From a virus (taxonomy: Duplodnaviria > Heunggongvirae > Uroviricota > Caudoviricetes): a DNA stretch of 64,000 bases. Each line of letters starts with the position of its first letter. The stretch's first letter is position 1. Of the stretch, positions 61,238-64,000 are shown in pieces. The notes below the pieces were generated by a model, which had not been told where the DNA came from, searched no databases, and saw nothing but the letters and a program-made list of their open reading frames with translations. Location of the stretch: the IMG/VR virus record IMGVR_UViG_3300028571_000011, one strand, 5' to 3'. Made by a program: the position numbers and the translations under genes.

Positions 61238-62104
61238 ATGAACACTGCCGTCGTCATCTACCACAAAGACTGCCCAGATGGGCTCACAGCCGCCGTTGCG
61301 GCATGGCTGAAGCTGAAGGACACCGCTGTCTATATCCCGAGGCACTACAACGAGCCACGCGACGACGACGCCTACAGGGGCAAGGACGTCTACGTCTTGG
61401 ACTTCTCATTCTCGTTGGAAGCGACACGACGGGTCGATGAAGTGGCCAAGAGCCTGACCATCCTCGACCACCACAAGACGGCTTTCGACAACCTGAATGG
61501 CACGAAGTACGCGGAGCGCCTTCGCATGGATCAGTCCGGCGCGCGTCTGGCGTGGGAGTTCTTCCATCCCGGCATCCCGTGCCCCAACATCGTCGACTAC
61601 GTCGAGGACAACGATTTGTGGCGGCACAAGCTCCCGCACTGGGAAGAGGTGAAGGTTGCTGGAGAGATGGTGTCCCTCAAAGACCCGGACGCAATCAACC
61701 GGTGGGCGGCTTTCGCTGACCGGTTGGCCAACGACTTCAACGGCGTTGTCGTGCAGGGCACAGCCATCGTCGAGTACCGCAACATCCTCATCCAGCGCAT
61801 GTGCAATGAACCCGGCTTCGCGCTCTTGGCAGGCCACAAGGTTCCCTGCGTCAACACCGGAAGCTGGCAGTCCGAGGTCGGCAACCTCCTGAGCAAGGAG
61901 CATCCGTTCGCGATCATCTGGCGCGCGGACAAGGAGGGGCGCTTCCTCTACTCCCTGCGCTCCGACAACACCCGGCACGAAGCCGTTGACGTCTCTGAGG
62001 TGGCCAAACTCTTCGGCGGCGGCGGGCACAAGAATGCAGCTGGCTTCACCAGCAATGCACCGCCCATGATGGTGAAACCAGACTCGGTCATGGTGCGTTC
62101 GTAA
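61238..62104 (+). CDS. DHH/DHHA1 phosphoesterase (NrnA-like nanoRNase / pAp phosphatase)
   Basis: DHH motif LDHHKT; Asp-rich N-terminal motifs; DHHA1 GGGGHKNAAGF. Confidence 0.8.
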   Translation: MNTAVVIYHKDCPDGLTAAVAAWLKLKDTAVYIPRHYNEPRDDDAYRGKDVYVLDFSFSLEATRRVDEVAKSLTILDHHKTAFDNLNGTKYAERLRMDQSGARLAWEFFHPGIPCPNIVDYVEDNDLWRHKLPHWEEVKVAGEMVSLKDPDAINRWAAFADRLANDFNGVVVQGTAIVEYRNILIQRMCNEPGFALLAGHKVPCVNTGSWQSEVGNLLSKEHPFAIIWRADKEGRFLYSLRSDNTRHEAVDVSEVAKLFGGGGHKNAAGFTSNAPPMMVKPDSVMVRS

Positions 62105-62112
62105 AGAATAGC

Positions 62113-62141
62113 TTGACTCTGGGCCGCATGCGTGCTAGCTA
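62113..62141 (+). promoter_or_regulatory. conserved promoter cassette: -35 TTGACT, -10 TAGCTA
   Basis: TAAAGAATAGCTTGACTCTGGGCCGCATGCGTGCTAGCTATGT. Confidence 0.45.
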
Positions 62142-62148
62142 TGTACTC

Positions 62149-62352
62149 ATGCGGCCCACTCAAGCTGATCTGGACAAACTGTTTGCAGAAAAGGAAGAGG
62201 CCGAACGTGCTGCCTTCTCTGCTGACCAAGCAGCGGGCACGGCCGAAGAAACAACAGCACGGTATGAAGTGAAGGCTAAGGCAGCACGGGAGGCTTACAA
62301 GAAAGCCTTCTCCTTCTTCCATAGGAAGGACTTCAAGCAGGACTCCAAATGA
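62149..62352 (+). CDS. hypothetical protein
   Basis: ATG 7 nt after the -10, inside ORF 62113..62352. Confidence 0.4.
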   Translation: MRPTQADLDKLFAEKEEAERAAFSADQAAGTAEETTARYEVKAKAAREAYKKAFSFFHRKDFKQDSK

Positions 62353-62813
62353 CGCCTTCCGCCTACATCCAACAGGTCAAAGACCACCGACGACGAATGT
62401 CGGCGCTTGGCCAAGCCTACGCCAACAAGTATTGGCTGTATGCAGCAGCTGCAACCAGAACCGCCTGCACTGTGCATGACATCGAGAAGTGGTTGTTCCT
62501 TCCACTGCTGTACGCTTTCCATGGTGGAAGAGGCAATCGGAAGACCGCTCGCTTCATTTACGACGTCATGAATGTAGCTGGTGCAGTCGTCTCTGCTGTC
62601 GTTCTCATCCGTTACCCAGCAGAGGACCGTGCTCAAGCTCGTAAGATGGAGCGGGTCTTCGACTGTCTTGATCGAAGTCTTGACCCAGTCGCCCGGACCG
62701 AACTAGGCGACAAAGAAGATCCGCCTCCTTTGTCGAAGTTCCTTTCAGAAATCGACCTTGTGATTGCACAGTCGTGGGTGGAACAATGGAAGCAGATGTT
62801 CGCAGCGAAATGA
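62349..62813 (+). CDS. hypothetical protein
   Basis: 154 aa. Confidence 0.45.
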   Translation: MTPSAYIQQVKDHRRRMSALGQAYANKYWLYAAAATRTACTVHDIEKWLFLPLLYAFHGGRGNRKTARFIYDVMNVAGAVVSAVVLIRYPAEDRAQARKMERVFDCLDRSLDPVARTELGDKEDPPPLSKFLSEIDLVIAQSWVEQWKQMFAAK

Positions 62814-63205
62814 GCTATGTAGCATATCAACGACACGCCTCTTTCGTCTGGTGGCGAAAGTGGACGCTGGCGGAATGGGCGGATCGCCCGAAGTCACCCG
62901 GTCAACGTAACCGCAGGGAATGCCGTCGGCGGCGGAAAGCCGATCACCACCGAACCCAAGAAAGGCAAGAAGAAATGACGTCGCCAACCTTCAGTACCGT
63001 GATCCTTCGGCAGCTTGTTGCTCAGGAGTTGAAGACTCATCCGAGTCTTCGTCGCGGGCAAGCCCACTGGAATGTCGCACACGGTTTGTGGCCACATCTG
63101 ACCGAGTCGTTCCGTGGAACGAACGTTGACCCGTTCTACAATGACAGCCGCGTTGGTGACTTCGTCGTTGCCTTGTACGAGAAAGCTTCAAGCGTCGAAA
63201 CCTGA
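62786..63205 (+). CDS. hypothetical basic protein
   Basis: ATG at 62786 inside ORF 62774..63205. Confidence 0.4.
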   Translation: MEADVRSEMSYVAYQRHASFVWWRKWTLAEWADRPKSPGQRNRRECRRRRKADHHRTQERQEEMTSPTFSTVILRQLVAQELKTHPSLRRGQAHWNVAHGLWPHLTESFRGTNVDPFYNDSRVGDFVVALYEKASSVET

Positions 63206-63215
63206 AACCTGATCT

Positions 63216-63530
63216 ATGACGGACACGTTCCGTGGTCGCTTTGCTGAGGCTGGTTTCTCACCCATTCGGATGGTGCAGATCCCAAACGAGTACTGGCCAG
63301 AACCCTACGTGCTTGAACGGCTCAGCACGCCGTGGTTCGAGGTCACCGCCGACATCGGTTGCAGCGGTGACCGCGTTCGCTCGGTGCAGGCGCTTCGCAC
63401 GTTGTTCCCCGGTACGACCGTGGCTCATGCTCTCAAGGTTGTCGATGGTCTGACTGCGTTCGTCTTACACGAGCTTGTTTGTCAAGCTCGGTTCCACCAC
63501 CCCTTTCTGGGCAGGGCGGCAACCGGGTGA
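63216..63530 (+). CDS. hypothetical protein
   Basis: 104 aa. Confidence 0.45.
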   Translation: MTDTFRGRFAEAGFSPIRMVQIPNEYWPEPYVLERLSTPWFEVTADIGCSGDRVRSVQALRTLFPGTTVAHALKVVDGLTAFVLHELVCQARFHHPFLGRAATG

Positions 63531-63600
63531 TGACTGGCTGATCAAACGCAACTGGTTGACCATGACTGCCGTCTGACCTCTTTTCTTCTTGGAGATATCA

Positions 63601-63875
63601 ATGACCCAGACCACTGCCGACATGACCATCACCATGGTCATCCGTGGAAACAGCCGTCTCTTCATGGTGGCGCGCAACATACGTTCAAGGTCGGTTGGCG
63701 CAAAAACGTCATCGAACTCGACTGGAGTAAGACAGACCTCACCCGCACTGCTGAGTCCTTGTTCCCTGACGAGAACGTCACCAAAAAGGACAGGATGATC
63801 CACTGCTGGTCTGTCGACGATCTGACCCGCTACCTCAAGGTCATCCGCAACGCCGCTGGTCTGTCGACAAAGTAA
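63601..63875 (+). pseudogene. gene with an apparent -1 frameshift: strong RBS + ATG at 63601 (frame A) continues as a protein-like reading frame (frame C) to the TAA at 63873..63875
   Basis: GGAGA RBS 6 nt before the ATG; frame C reads ...KVGWRKNVIELDWSKTDLTRTAESLFPDENVTKKDRMIHCWSVDDLTRYLKVIRNAAGLSTK without its own start. Confidence 0.3.
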
Positions 63876-64000
63876 AGGATTTGAACGCCGAGAAAGCAAC
63901 AAGCGTGCTGCAAGGCACGAAGAGTTGATGCGGACTCTGGCCGAAGACAGCGACTTGTACGCTGAAGAGTGCGAGATCCAACGTCGAGTCACTGGTCTGG

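Overview
Gene-dense region that looks like a large virulent dsDNA phage (or phage-derived element): short overlapping ORFs, mostly on the + strand. About 30 tRNA genes sit in two arrays (8.2-17.7 kb and 27.2-28.8 kb). Both arrays are interleaved with HNH and PD-(D/E)XK-like homing endonuclease genes and a tmRNA. The main feature is an RNA quality-control/repair suite. A Ro60/Rsr (TROVE+vWA) gene at 11985..13730 lies inside the main tRNA array. It is surrounded by at least 8 copies of a short structured element whose terminal helix (GAGC-C-GA / UUGCUC, with a bulged C) has the architecture of the Ro-binding stem of Y RNAs. Two copies contain circularly permuted tRNA-like modules (T-arm before D-arm), as in YrlA-type bacterial/phage Y RNAs. 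Downstream lie a CCA-adding tRNA nucleotidyltransferase with an HD domain, an ATP-dependent RNA ligase and a DHH/DHHA1 NrnA-like phosphoesterase. Other notable content: a TARG1-like macro domain; an MqsA-like antitoxin; a receiver-only response regulator; a minus-strand 7-gene island (vWA protein, two HExxH peptidases, a lipoprotein, three paralogs sharing an N-terminal domain) closed by a bidirectional terminator; and about 13 copies of a conserved promoter cassette (TTGACT-N16/17-TAAGGT-like). Many calls are hypothetical proteins. Coordinates were read by hand, so tRNA and RNA-element boundaries may be off by a few nt.
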